Positions 27,226 through 36,261 of a stretch of DNA of 50,768 nt are shown in pieces. Position numbers and translations under genes: made by a program. Location: positions 1-50,768 of IMG/VR virus record IMGVR_UViG_3300012917_000004; one strand, given 5' to 3'. This DNA is from a virus (taxonomy: Duplodnaviria > Caudoviricetes). How positions within the stretch are numbered: position 1 is the first letter of the stretch; each line of letters begins with the position of its first letter. The notes beneath the pieces are model-generated. The model did no database searches and was not told the origin of the DNA. It saw only the letters and a program-made list of their open reading frames with translations.

Positions 27226-27738
27226 ATGCCGCCTATTCGATTAAAAGTGTGTTATATTCGTTTATTCAACCAACGTAGTAGTTTAATGTCAGTCTGTAAG
27301 CGATTCTATTGCCCTACCGCCCGGTAGGCTAATGATTACAGAGAAATCTTATATCTTGATGGATAACAATCAATGCGTAAACAGTAGCCGATCTGTTACA
27401 CTTGTCCCACGGTATCAACGTTGGGATGAAGAAGAGTATCGGTGCACCCTTGGTTTCTCGGCCAGCAGGGGCACGAGAAGAAGCATATTTCGAATGTATG
27501 CTCCTACCATCAACCCCGCCAGCCGCGTTCGTTCTTTTGTCCAAGCGTACGAGAGGCGCTTAACTCGCTTAGCTACTTGCTCGCTTGCAGCATAAAAATA
27601 AGAAGCTGCGCTGTTAAGCGTCAGCCTCTCTATCCTTTGTCCCGTACATCGTCAAACGCATGACAGCGGCAATCGCTTAAATAAGATAAATCGTAGCATG
27701 ATTTCGTCTATTTCACGCTATGAATAATTTATAAGGGG

Positions 27739-27767
27739 TTGCAATTTAAATAGATTCATGATAGACT
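27739..27767 (+). promoter_or_regulatory. Sigma-70-type early promoter
   Basis: TTGCAA-17 bp-TAGACT, with an ATG 5 nt downstream. Confidence 0.7.
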
Positions 27768-27772
27768 ATAGT

Positions 27773-28015
27773 ATGAATAAAACACTCGAGAGCAAGACGC
27801 GGCACAAAATGGATTGCGAACGGGTTTTTAAGCATTATGATCTATCGTGCTTACGTTGCGTTGAATTATCTGGCGGTGCGGCTCCTAGAGCCGGGTGGAG
27901 CGACTGGAAAAGAGAACAAGAACGGCGCACTAATCTAGCAATTGATGCACATTTTAGCAGCGAAAAGCATAAGAGTGGCGGATGTGGCGTAGTGTGCACG
28001 TTTGGAGATTGGTAG
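27773..28015 (+). CDS. Early Cys/His-rich hypothetical protein, probably leaderless
   Basis: In-frame ATG at 27773 right after the -10 box. Confidence 0.7.
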   Translation: MNKTLESKTRHKMDCERVFKHYDLSCLRCVELSGGAAPRAGWSDWKREQERRTNLAIDAHFSSEKHKSGGCGVVCTFGDW

Positions 28016-28311
28016 ACGTGGAACAAGATGAATGGGGTAGAACATGCTTTTTATGTGGTATATTGAAACGCACCGATGAATTTCACCATGATGTTTGTCT
28101 AGATTGTCATGACTATGATCAAAGTCAATGTGAAGAATGTTACCCTTTGTCAGTAAAATAAACAGGAGACTAAAATGAACAAAATAACTGTAGTACGAAA
28201 GCCAATGGATGCGCCAAGCGTCATATTGCTTCTGTTGTTAGGACCGTTAGGATGGGTGATGTTGTTAGTTGCCTGGGCGGATGGCTGGCGACCTTAGAAG
28301 GAGACAATAAT

Positions 28312-28479
28312 ATGTGGCGATGGTTAAAATGCTTAGTAACAGGTGGACATATGTGGTATTTACCAAATGATATTCGCAAGAGATTTAATAAAATAAATAT
28401 CTACAAGCAATCGCTTATGCGCCATTCTTGTAAGAAATGCGGCGTCGAAGAAGATAATAGCTGGGCATACGATGTATAA
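28312..28479 (+). CDS. Small zinc-binding-type protein
   Basis: SD AAGGAG; WLKCLVTGGHMW..CKKCG pattern. Confidence 0.6.
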   Translation: MWRWLKCLVTGGHMWYLPNDIRKRFNKINIYKQSLMRHSCKKCGVEEDNSWAYDV

Positions 28480-28496
28480 ATGGGCCGTTTGACCCA

Positions 28497-28525
28497 TTGA
28501 CTTTATAGCATTTTGGGGGTATACT
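28497..28525 (+). promoter_or_regulatory. Sigma-70-type early promoter
   Basis: TTGACT-17 bp-TATACT, with an ATG 5 nt downstream. Confidence 0.8.
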
Positions 28526-28530
28526 AAATT

Positions 28531-28842
28531 ATGAATAAACTAACTAAGAATAGCCAGCACACGCCGATGCCGTGGACTGCTCTATCAAATGTTGCCATAA
28601 CAATAGGAATTCCTGGAGTAGGAGCTATTGGTCAATTATTTGAAAAAGAAACGTTAGGCGGTTTGGATTTATCAAGAGAAATTGCTTCAGCCAATGCCGC
28701 CTACATCGTTAAGGCTGTGAATGCTCATGAGGCTTTATTAAAACTTGCCGTAGAGTTAAAAAAGCGTGTAAGTCTTAATCATGATGGGGAAGAGTTTTGT
28801 GAGTATATAGAAAGAGTTATCACTAGAGCGGAGGGTAAATAA
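28531..28842 (+). CDS. Early hypothetical protein (HTPxPW...ANAxxIVxAVN type)
   Basis: Motif widespread in phage early genes. Confidence 0.75.
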   Translation: MNKLTKNSQHTPMPWTALSNVAITIGIPGVGAIGQLFEKETLGGLDLSREIASANAAYIVKAVNAHEALLKLAVELKKRVSLNHDGEEFCEYIERVITRAEGK

Positions 28843-29703
28843 TATGAACATATGCTATCATTGCAAAAAAGAAATAATTGACTTCCGCTTTGCGGATTAC
28901 CTCAATGACTTGGAGATGTGCCTTAAAGAAATTGTGGAGGATATTCCTAGAATCGACAAAAAGAGATTCTATCGACAAATCCTCGACAAAGCGGAGGGGA
29001 AATAACAATGATTGTTTGTTCCAAATGCAAGAGATTCGTTAAGGCTATCGAGTACATGATTAACGGATTAGAAGAAATCAAAAACGTTACTGGCGTCTGT
29101 AAAATACACGGAACAATCTTAGTCGATTGGAATGATTATGATGAGATTGTAGGCGAAGCCACCACTAAAACGGAGAATAAATAATATGAAATACATAGCG
29201 ATTCTAATGTTTCTTTCAGTGGCATTCACATTCGGCGCATCGGTCAAAGCAGGTCACCATAACAAAGTCACCTATGGGAGGAAATAACATGTTCTATAGC
29301 CAAACGTTGACAAAGCAGCAGATTGACAATCTTTGTGTGCGATGTGATGTACGATTCGAGCGATGGTCGGAGTATCACGTTCACACTTTAGCAAAGACGT
29401 GTCAGGCGAAGATTAAGCCAATGAACACAAGTGGACGTAGCAAAACCCAAATCGTACACGATTGGGAATCTAATCAGAAAGAAGGAGCGATAATTCAATG
29501 AGCCATTTTTACTATAAAGGCGGCTTAAAAGATAAATATTGTGAACTTTGTGGCAATAAAGTGAAAAAGGTATCGTGTTATTCAGGGATTTATAATACAC
29601 AAACTGGCAAAAAACTGATTGACACTCTTGTTATTTGCGTAAATGCAGGTTGTTACGGTGTAGCCCCCGATGATTTAATGATTGTAAAAAAGGAGATAAT
29701 TCA

Positions 29704-30210
29704 ATGAGAGATAAAATACTTAAAGTCGTCGGATTTGCGTTGCTGGCTGTAAGTTTGTCCTACGGCTTGGCACATGCAAATTGTGGTAATGACAACGGAA
29801 ATGGCAATGGGTGCAGCGGTGACACAGGCGTACAAGGCCCTACAGGGCCCCAAGGATTGCCTGGAACGAACGGAATCAACGGAACTAATGGTACGGATGG
29901 TAAAACGGGGTTAAACGGTGTACAAGGCGTTGCAGGGCCTTCGCGTATTGATCCTAGAATGAATGAGGCGAAGTTTGGTATTGATACGGCTGTACGATTG
30001 TATGATGGTAAGAGAGTACAAGTGCAGGCGTATAATGTTTATTCGCCTAGCACACATGATAGAGAAGATGTAATCGGCGATGGGCGTAATCTACAATACG
30101 GTGTACGCATTGTGTTTAAACTAGGTCGGTCATGGGAAGAAGAGCTTATAGATAAGCAAGCGAAGCAGCTTGTAGCCTTAGAAGCTGTGGTGTCACGGCT
30201 TAGCCAATAG
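29704..30210 (+). CDS. Exported collagen-repeat protein
   Basis: Signal peptide ending AHA, about 13 G-X-Y triplets, then amphipathic beta-strands and a coiled-coil tail; SD AAGGAG. Confidence 0.8.
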   Translation: MRDKILKVVGFALLAVSLSYGLAHANCGNDNGNGNGCSGDTGVQGPTGPQGLPGTNGINGTNGTDGKTGLNGVQGVAGPSRIDPRMNEAKFGIDTAVRLYDGKRVQVQAYNVYSPSTHDREDVIGDGRNLQYGVRIVFKLGRSWEEELIDKQAKQLVALEAVVSRLSQ

Positions 30211-30216
30211 TCTTTC

Positions 30217-30243
30217 GCCTGCCTCTGCGTAGCGGGGGCGGGC
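30217..30243 (+). other. GC-rich 12-bp hairpin after the collagen gene
   Basis: GCCTGCCTCTGC-GTA-GCGGGGGCGGGC, with G-U pairs on the + strand; no U-tract. Confidence 0.55.
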
Positions 30244-30528
30244 ATAAGGACTAAGGGGGGACATAATGGACATTATACGTAACTTCGAGCAGGAACTTTT
30301 CGATGCAGAACTTGGTCGACAAGAGCGAATGATAATTCGCGCCGTTGCAAGTGGGCTTATAACGCAAGAAGGCGCAGACACTCTACTTAAGGAGATATGG
30401 AATGGATAGCTGCATAGCGAATAGCCATCGTGTAGAATATATAGAAGATTATCAAGGCATAACGTGGTATCGTTGTATGACGTGTGGCGAGGCCTATCCA
30501 GTCTATCGTGACACGAATGGAGGATAAA

Positions 30529-31146
30529 ATGAAAATAACGAAAGAATGGCTACAACAACAAAACGCATGTCAAGCCGGTCAATTATGGTTTGCTTCACAA
30601 AAAACAATGCGTGTTGATTTAGTAGTGAAAAAATTAATAAAAAAAACGAGATTTGATTGGGCAAACTGGACAATAACGCATTTAATGACACATAAACAAA
30701 ATGTGCAATACGCTTGTTTTGCCTCATTACAATCTATAGAATATTTCGAAAAAGTATTTCCGACCGATAGCCGACCACGTTTAGCCATTAAAGCTGCATT
30801 AGAATGGGTGAATAGTCCTACAGAAGAAAATAAATTAATGGCGTTTTCGGCGGCATTGTTGGCGGCATGGTCGGCGGAGCCGACGGCATTGTCGGCGGCG
30901 GAGTCAGCAAGGTCAGCGGCGGGGTCAGCGGCGTTGTCGGCAAGCTCGGCGGCATTGTCGGCGGCGGAATCGGCATTGTCGGCGGCGGAGTCGGCGAAGT
31001 CGGCGGCGTGGGCGGCGTGGTTGGCGGCGACACTGTCGGCGAAGTCATCGGCGGAATCAGTAATGTGGAAAAAAATCCTGATGTTCGGTTTGGACATTTT
31101 ATCAGGAAAAGTTTTAGATAAGGTATTTTTAAAATGGATAAATTAA
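30529..31146 (+). CDS. Imm5-like-domain protein with an Ala/Ser low-complexity repeat
   Basis: FEKVFPTDSRPRLAIKAA motif followed by SAAES/SAALS repeats; SD GGAGG. Confidence 0.7.
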   Translation: MKITKEWLQQQNACQAGQLWFASQKTMRVDLVVKKLIKKTRFDWANWTITHLMTHKQNVQYACFASLQSIEYFEKVFPTDSRPRLAIKAALEWVNSPTEENKLMAFSAALLAAWSAEPTALSAAESARSAAGSAALSASSAALSAAESALSAAESAKSAAWAAWLAATLSAKSSAESVMWKKILMFGLDILSGKVLDKVFLKWIN

Positions 31147-31466
31147 AAAGTGGGTGGGCCATGAATCGAGAAATGTTTTCTAGTAAAGCACGAAATGTGT
31201 TCGACGTAGCGATAAGCCATAGGCGGATAATGCTAAAATTAGCGGATGATGTTTTGCGTGGGCATCGTTTCAATGATGATAGTGCTATACTTGCTCGATT
31301 AGAATCTATGTTCACTGAAGAGGAATTTATGGCATGTCCAGGCTTACGAATAGACAGCGCATTGATTGATGCAGCGCAAACGGATCATTGGTATGCGCGA
31401 GAAAAAGATTGGGGTAATGAGTATTCGCTAGATGAAACAGAAGTCATTGGAGACGAAGATGACTAG
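31134..31466 (+). CDS. Hypothetical protein
   Basis: ORF in the early operon. Confidence 0.6.
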   Translation: MDKLKSGWAMNREMFSSKARNVFDVAISHRRIMLKLADDVLRGHRFNDDSAILARLESMFTEEEFMACPGLRIDSALIDAAQTDHWYAREKDWGNEYSLDETEVIGDEDD

Positions 31467-31710
31467 AGAAGGTGAGATCGCGTTTGGGCAACACTCACGT
31501 ATTCCGGCATGTTGTATAGAATTTTACATTACAGAATGGGACAACGAAAGAAGCGCAGATAGTGCATACATGGAAGCTGTGCATTTAAGCGACTATGAAT
31601 ATGTACCTTGTCCACCTTGTTTTGCTACAGGTACAAAAGTGCGGATTAAAATATGTGCAGAAGAATGTGGACGCGAATGCTGGCGTGATTATTGATGCAA
31701 AGGGGGACAT

Positions 31711-32073
31711 ATGTTTATCGAAGCCGTATTACTTGGCACAATGACCATAACCGCCTATCAAGCGGCTCCTCAATACACTCGGCCCGAATGCAAGAACAAT
31801 CATGAATGTGTCACAAGTATTGGCGAAAACGTTAGCGAGCTTGGCGTTGCTGTATCGCAAGACTTATTGGCTAGTGGAAGAGTGCATTATCGTGATGTTC
31901 TATGGATTCCTGGGATTGGCTATCGGATTATTTTTGACACTATGCACCCTCGTATACATAATGCTGTGGATGTATTCGTATATTCGAGGATGGAGGAAAA
32001 GCGAATAGGTATTCGGCATCGAAAAGTGTGGCTCATTAATCGGCCATTTAAAATAAATCCAAAGGGGAAATAA
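31711..32073 (+). CDS. 3D-domain protein (peptidoglycan lytic transglycosylase-like)
   Basis: TITAY..VTSIG..VAVSQD..IPGIGYRIIFDT..NAVDVF. Confidence 0.8.
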   Translation: MFIEAVLLGTMTITAYQAAPQYTRPECKNNHECVTSIGENVSELGVAVSQDLLASGRVHYRDVLWIPGIGYRIIFDTMHPRIHNAVDVFVYSRMEEKRIGIRHRKVWLINRPFKINPKGK

Positions 32074-32437
32074 AATGACTACAGAAAAAGCTATTGAAAA
32101 ACTCGACAGAGAGTATATAAAAAAGCGAAAGTTATTGTTTAAAAAGCTGACGCGTAATTGGAAGTATTGTCAGCATCAAGGATGTGACGATTGTTTCCAG
32201 AATAATGGATTAGTTCCTCCCGGCCATCCTTATGCCGAAACAAATGTGTGGCCTAGGGTATAAATATGCAATCTTATCCAACACGTAAAACAATGGCCCG
32301 ACGCATGTCTAGAAAAACCGCACGGCTCAGCGTATTTCTCGCAAACAAGAAGGCGGCTAAGATACGCCGCAAGGCTGAAAGACTAGAACGAAAAGCGGCT
32401 GTCGCAGAACATAGCGAAAATTAGCATACAATTCTAT

Positions 32438-32467
32438 AGGTCTATAGACCTGTCATACGTTTGACAG
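32438..32467. promoter_or_regulatory. Overlapping palindromes (operator-like) with a TTGACA box before the sigma-like gene
   Basis: Perfect 14-bp AGGTCTATAGACCT; CTGTCA-N6-TGACAG; TTGACA at 32461. Confidence 0.5.
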
Positions 32468-32492
32468 TATAGCGGATAAGAGGTATAGGCAT

Positions 32493-32894
32493 ATGAAAAA
32501 GCACACGAAGGGCCAGAAAATAAAAGAAAGAAATGGGAAACCGTTCCACGGCGAACGCTCTCCTTACTGGGAGTGGATGCAAGAGCGACAATCATTTACA
32601 GATAGTCGGAATAGCGATGGAACAACAGAAATATCGCAGGCAAATCCAGATGTGCTACCCGAAATGAAGATCAGCAGCCCGTCTACACCGCAACTTATTT
32701 ACGGTGAGGCGGTAGACCATCTGCAAGGACGGCAGCGTGAAGTATATTTACTTGTTATGCGCGAAGGACGATCTCTTGCGGAAGCTGCTGATATGCTAAA
32801 TATAGAAAAAGGTAGCGCACAGAAATATAAAGAGCGAGCTATTAGATTCATCGAGCAATATTGCCAGGCTGCTATAGCGAAAGGACGAGTATAA
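32493..32894 (+). CDS. Sigma-70 region 4-like HTH transcription factor
   Basis: AVDHLQGRQREVYLLVMREGRSLAEAADMLNIEKGSAQKYKERA. Confidence 0.85.
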   Translation: MKKHTKGQKIKERNGKPFHGERSPYWEWMQERQSFTDSRNSDGTTEISQANPDVLPEMKISSPSTPQLIYGEAVDHLQGRQREVYLLVMREGRSLAEAADMLNIEKGSAQKYKERAIRFIEQYCQAAIAKGRV

Positions 32895-33109
32895 TGGGCG
32901 ATAAAATAAAACAAGCGTGGGCTTATATTCAAGATTTGGCTGATGTCAAAGGTGACACGATCATGGCTTTAATGTCAATTGTGTTTATAGGGCGAGTAGC
33001 TGCATCGGCGTGGGCGAAGTACCCGCCGCTAACGGTTAGTGAAGCTGCATTCTATTCTTCAGCGATTGCAAGCTTTGCTTATAGCAATACAGGAAGACCA
33101 AAATCATGA
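32894..33109 (+). CDS. Small membrane protein (holin-like)
   Basis: Two hydrophobic segments and a basic C-terminus; TAATG coupling. Confidence 0.5.
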   Translation: MGDKIKQAWAYIQDLADVKGDTIMALMSIVFIGRVAASAWAKYPPLTVSEAAFYSSAIASFAYSNTGRPKS

Positions 33110-33339
33110 AATTCACAGATAACGATTTGAAGCGACTGAAAAATCGAAGACAAGAAATTATGGAATACCCTGATGACACAGATTTAAAATCCGTATATGT
33201 TACTTCTCTACTTATGGATATTCCTGCCATCCTCGTCCGTCTGGAAGAAAGCGAGAAGCTAAACGACGCCTTTATTAACGGCTTTCCAGATGCCATAGAG
33301 TTTCGTTTGAAGACCTGGCGCAAGGCGGTAGGAAAATGA
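33106..33339 (+). CDS. Hypothetical protein, paralog A1
   Basis: Shares MxFTxxDLK, LxRLE and WRKAxGK with 33472-33696. Confidence 0.7.
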   Translation: MKFTDNDLKRLKNRRQEIMEYPDDTDLKSVYVTSLLMDIPAILVRLEESEKLNDAFINGFPDAIEFRLKTWRKAVGK

Positions 33340-33471
33340 CAGACATTAAAGTGAGGGTAGAAAAATGATCGACACTTTTGAGTATGCCGTACGCTTCGAT
33401 ATCAATGATATGCCTTTTATAGTTAAAATAGTTTCAGGTGTTGAAATACTCCTGACGGCGGGAGACACGAA

Positions 33472-33696
33472 ATGATCTTCACCAATGACGATTTGAAGCA
33501 TTTCCACGAAGAAGCGAATGCTATTGACGATGATCTAGCACGACCCTGGATCGCAGCTTCCAAACTGAAATCTCTCCTCGCTCGGCTGGAAGCGGCGGAG
33601 AATATAATAGAATATCTGAAAACGGATGCTGTTTTGCGTAGTTCTTGTAATTTTAATCACTATTTAGCTTTGTGGCGCAAGGCGGCGGGGAAATGA
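33472..33696 (+). CDS. Hypothetical protein, paralog A2
   Basis: Same shared motifs as A1; SD GGGAG. Confidence 0.7.
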   Translation: MIFTNDDLKHFHEEANAIDDDLARPWIAASKLKSLLARLEAAENIIEYLKTDAVLRSSCNFNHYLALWRKAAGK

Positions 33697-33879
33697 TTAC
33701 ATTTTATGCGATGATCGCCGGTGCCCTAACTTCAGCCGCATGGATTGCGCCGCAGCCCGTTTGTTATTTGTATGGGGCAATCGCAAGTATATTTTTCATC
33801 GTCGTACGGAGATCACAATGATTCTATGGGCCATATGGGGAGTAGTTGCGGCGTTGATTTTGGTGGTCGGTGGTAATCA

Positions 33880-34413
33880 ATGAGTTTAAACACTTTTCCT
33901 TTTTCGTCGCATTTCACGCATTCGCTGGCTGCACTTTGCACCGCTATCATTTTGTTTATTGCCGGATGGCTAGGGCTGCGTCATATTTTAGAAGGTCAGC
34001 CACAAACAGTGACATTGCGGCCACAGGATAAAGAACGCGTATCTTATAATTCCGTATCGCATATTTTAACTGTAACAACGGCAAAAGAGACGACAAAATC
34101 ATACGCACGTGGCTTTGAGATAGTTATAGAGAAGAGTGGGGAAGTGATTGTCAAAAAGCATATAATCGGCTTTGAACGCTCACCGTTTATGGCTATCGGC
34201 ACATCATTTGACGGCATATCACTGAAGAAGAACGGCTATGTTGGTTTTAATTTCGTCGAACTATGGCGCTTTGACTTAGGTCCGGCGCTAGCACTAGGAG
34301 AAGTAGGAGTGCGACCGCTGGTACAAGTCCAATACAATGTTATCTCAAATACAAGCATCATGACTGGCTGGTGGTTCGGAACGTATCATATCGCAGTAGC
34401 CGTAAAATTCTGA
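33880..34413 (+). CDS. Membrane-anchored protein with C-terminal amphipathic beta-strands ending in Phe
   Basis: TM segment ALCTAIILFIAGWLGL; C-terminus YHIAVAVKF. Confidence 0.65.
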   Translation: MSLNTFPFSSHFTHSLAALCTAIILFIAGWLGLRHILEGQPQTVTLRPQDKERVSYNSVSHILTVTTAKETTKSYARGFEIVIEKSGEVIVKKHIIGFERSPFMAIGTSFDGISLKKNGYVGFNFVELWRFDLGPALALGEVGVRPLVQVQYNVISNTSIMTGWWFGTYHIAVAVKF

Positions 34414-34429
34414 AAAGGAGAATATAAAA

Positions 34430-34786
34430 ATGGGACGAATGATTAATGATACAAGTGTGGGGGGAGATTTTCCGCCTACTGCCGAGTTACGAGAAAAAGA
34501 CGCGATGCTGAAAGGCATTATTATGGGAAAAGAAGAGCGAGATTTGGGATTTGGCTTAACGCCAGTCTATAAATTTCAAGTGCTCGAGGCATCGTGTAGG
34601 TTTCTACTACAAAAACAAGAAGTACAGCCAGAAGAAGGAGCCATTGTTGAAGTGATTGCTCCTACTCGCCTTGCGCGACAACTAGGACAGTTGAATGTAG
34701 GAGATACCGTAACTATAAAGAACGCAGGAACCAAGCAAATTGGGCGCGGTAAACCCGCCCATATTTTTTCTGTGGAGGTGGCGTAA
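34430..34786 (+). CDS. Possible OB-fold ssDNA-binding protein
   Basis: LARQLGQLNVGDTVTIKNAGTK..AHIFSVEV pattern; next to recombination genes; SD AAGGAG. Confidence 0.5.
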   Translation: MGRMINDTSVGGDFPPTAELREKDAMLKGIIMGKEERDLGFGLTPVYKFQVLEASCRFLLQKQEVQPEEGAIVEVIAPTRLARQLGQLNVGDTVTIKNAGTKQIGRGKPAHIFSVEVA

Positions 34787-34787
34787 T

Positions 34788-35123
34788 ATGCCGCTTTTAA
34801 AGCGTAGTTTGCCCCCAGTTGTCGAAGAAACACAGCCGCAACAAGGTAGCGTTTTAGATGCACAAACAGTTGAAGTTGTTGTTAAAAAAAGCCCTACGAA
34901 GAAACACATAGCGTCTAAAGACGAGTATTGGACAAATCGTGAAGAGCGTGATATTCATCGTGACAAAGATATGGCCTGGTCAGGTTTAGCTCAAGCCGCG
35001 TTAAGTAGCGTGTCTGTGGCTCAACTTAATGTCGACAACACAAAAGAAGGACTCGTGAAACTCGTAGCAGAGCTTACTGCGCTTTTATTGAAAGAAAGGG
35101 ACGCCTTCAATTCCGCACACTGA
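34788..35123 (+). CDS. Hypothetical protein
   Basis: SD GGAGG before ATG 34788. Confidence 0.65.
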   Translation: MPLLKRSLPPVVEETQPQQGSVLDAQTVEVVVKKSPTKKHIASKDEYWTNREERDIHRDKDMAWSGLAQAALSSVSVAQLNVDNTKEGLVKLVAELTALLLKERDAFNSAH

Positions 35124-35766
35124 AACATTTATTGATGGTGTTTGGTATCCAAGTGTTACGACTATTCTCGATGCACAGCCAAAGCCATGGCTTGAAGCTT
35201 GGCGGGAAAAGTGGGGATATTTGGCTGAGCGGAAAGTGAAAGCCGCTGGCAGCATCGGTGCGGAGTTTCATAACTGCGTCGAACAGTATCTTGATACAGG
35301 TACGTTTACTGTTGGTTTAGCCGGTAATGTGCGTACACGAATAACGGGTATGATGGCATCATTTGTTGACTGGGCTACCGGCATAGATGGTGTGGTGCAT
35401 TCTACCGAACTAAAAGTGATAAGTAAACTTCACACATATTCTGGCACACTTGATTCAGTAGGAACGCTTGATGGGAAGCCTATAATTTGGGATTGGAAAA
35501 CAAGTAGTCGTATATATCCTGAAATGGCGCTTCAGCTAACGGCTTATGCACAGGCGTATAAGGAGCAGGTCGGTGTAGATATTAAACAAGGATTGATTGT
35601 GCATGTGAGTAAAGATAAACCTCATTTTAAACTAACAGTAAAGGAGTTTAAATTAGGAAAGCGAATGCTCAACAAGTTTTTAAAGCTGCGTGCAATGCTT
35701 GATGATATGAAAACACCAGATTTAAATGGAGATATTGGCGATGCCGAAAGTAAGTCTGACATTTAA
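35110..35766 (+). CDS. PD-(D/E)XK exonuclease; proposed ATT start at 35110
   Basis: YPSVTTIL, GAEFH, E..YSGTLD, IWDWKTS and LQLTAY motifs. Confidence 0.85.
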   Translation: MPHTETFIDGVWYPSVTTILDAQPKPWLEAWREKWGYLAERKVKAAGSIGAEFHNCVEQYLDTGTFTVGLAGNVRTRITGMMASFVDWATGIDGVVHSTELKVISKLHTYSGTLDSVGTLDGKPIIWDWKTSSRIYPEMALQLTAYAQAYKEQVGVDIKQGLIVHVSKDKPHFKLTVKEFKLGKRMLNKFLKLRAMLDDMKTPDLNGDIGDAESKSDI

Positions 35767-35971
35767 TTTACCGGATGAACGTATTGAATACTTGTGCGCT
35801 ATGCACGGGGAAGATTGGAAATTAATTGTGTACGATCTTGCCATGTTTCTGCGGAATGCACTTAAATACGGACATACATTTAAAACAGCAGACGAAGCAT
35901 TTGAAGCAGCGAAAGCCGCACTTTGGGAACGATGTAAAACGTCTAATCTTGACCCGTGGGGGGATGAATGA
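35741..35971 (+). CDS. Conserved-type phage hypothetical protein (LTFNLPDE..LRNALKY)
   Basis: SD GGAG; motif common in phage genomes. Confidence 0.65.
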   Translation: MPKVSLTFNLPDERIEYLCAMHGEDWKLIVYDLAMFLRNALKYGHTFKTADEAFEAAKAALWERCKTSNLDPWGDE

Positions 35972-36261
35972 AAAAACCTATGTCAACGAAGCATCAAGCA
36001 CTTAAACAACTTAAAACTTGTATAAGGCTTGGACGAAAGTTAGCCCGGCAGATCAATAGAAAGCTAGAATCATTGGCCCAAATTAACAAGATGCAAGCTT
36101 CAGCGAAAGAAGCGTTGGTAAAGTTATGTGGCTTAAAGTAATAGATTTATTCGACGCTGCTGTGGAAAGGATTATCATATGGGCGCTAAGATAAAAAAAG
36201 TCAAGAAATGTCGCTGTAAATATTGCCGCGACCGCGAAGCATGGATAGACCTGGGAAAATA

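Noticed and set aside
27329-27663. Overlapping ORFs in the divergent region between late and early arms
   Set aside because: Three mutually overlapping candidates without clear RBS or motifs; I cannot tell which, if any, is real.
30579-31315. Long alternative-frame and antisense ORFs (Gly-rich, Pro/Thr-rich, Ala/Asp-rich) over the GGCGGC-rich repeat; possible CRISPR or VNTR
   Set aside because: They are shadows of the Ala/Ser low-complexity tract of the 30529-31146 gene; the units are short, degenerate and codon-phased, with no spacers.
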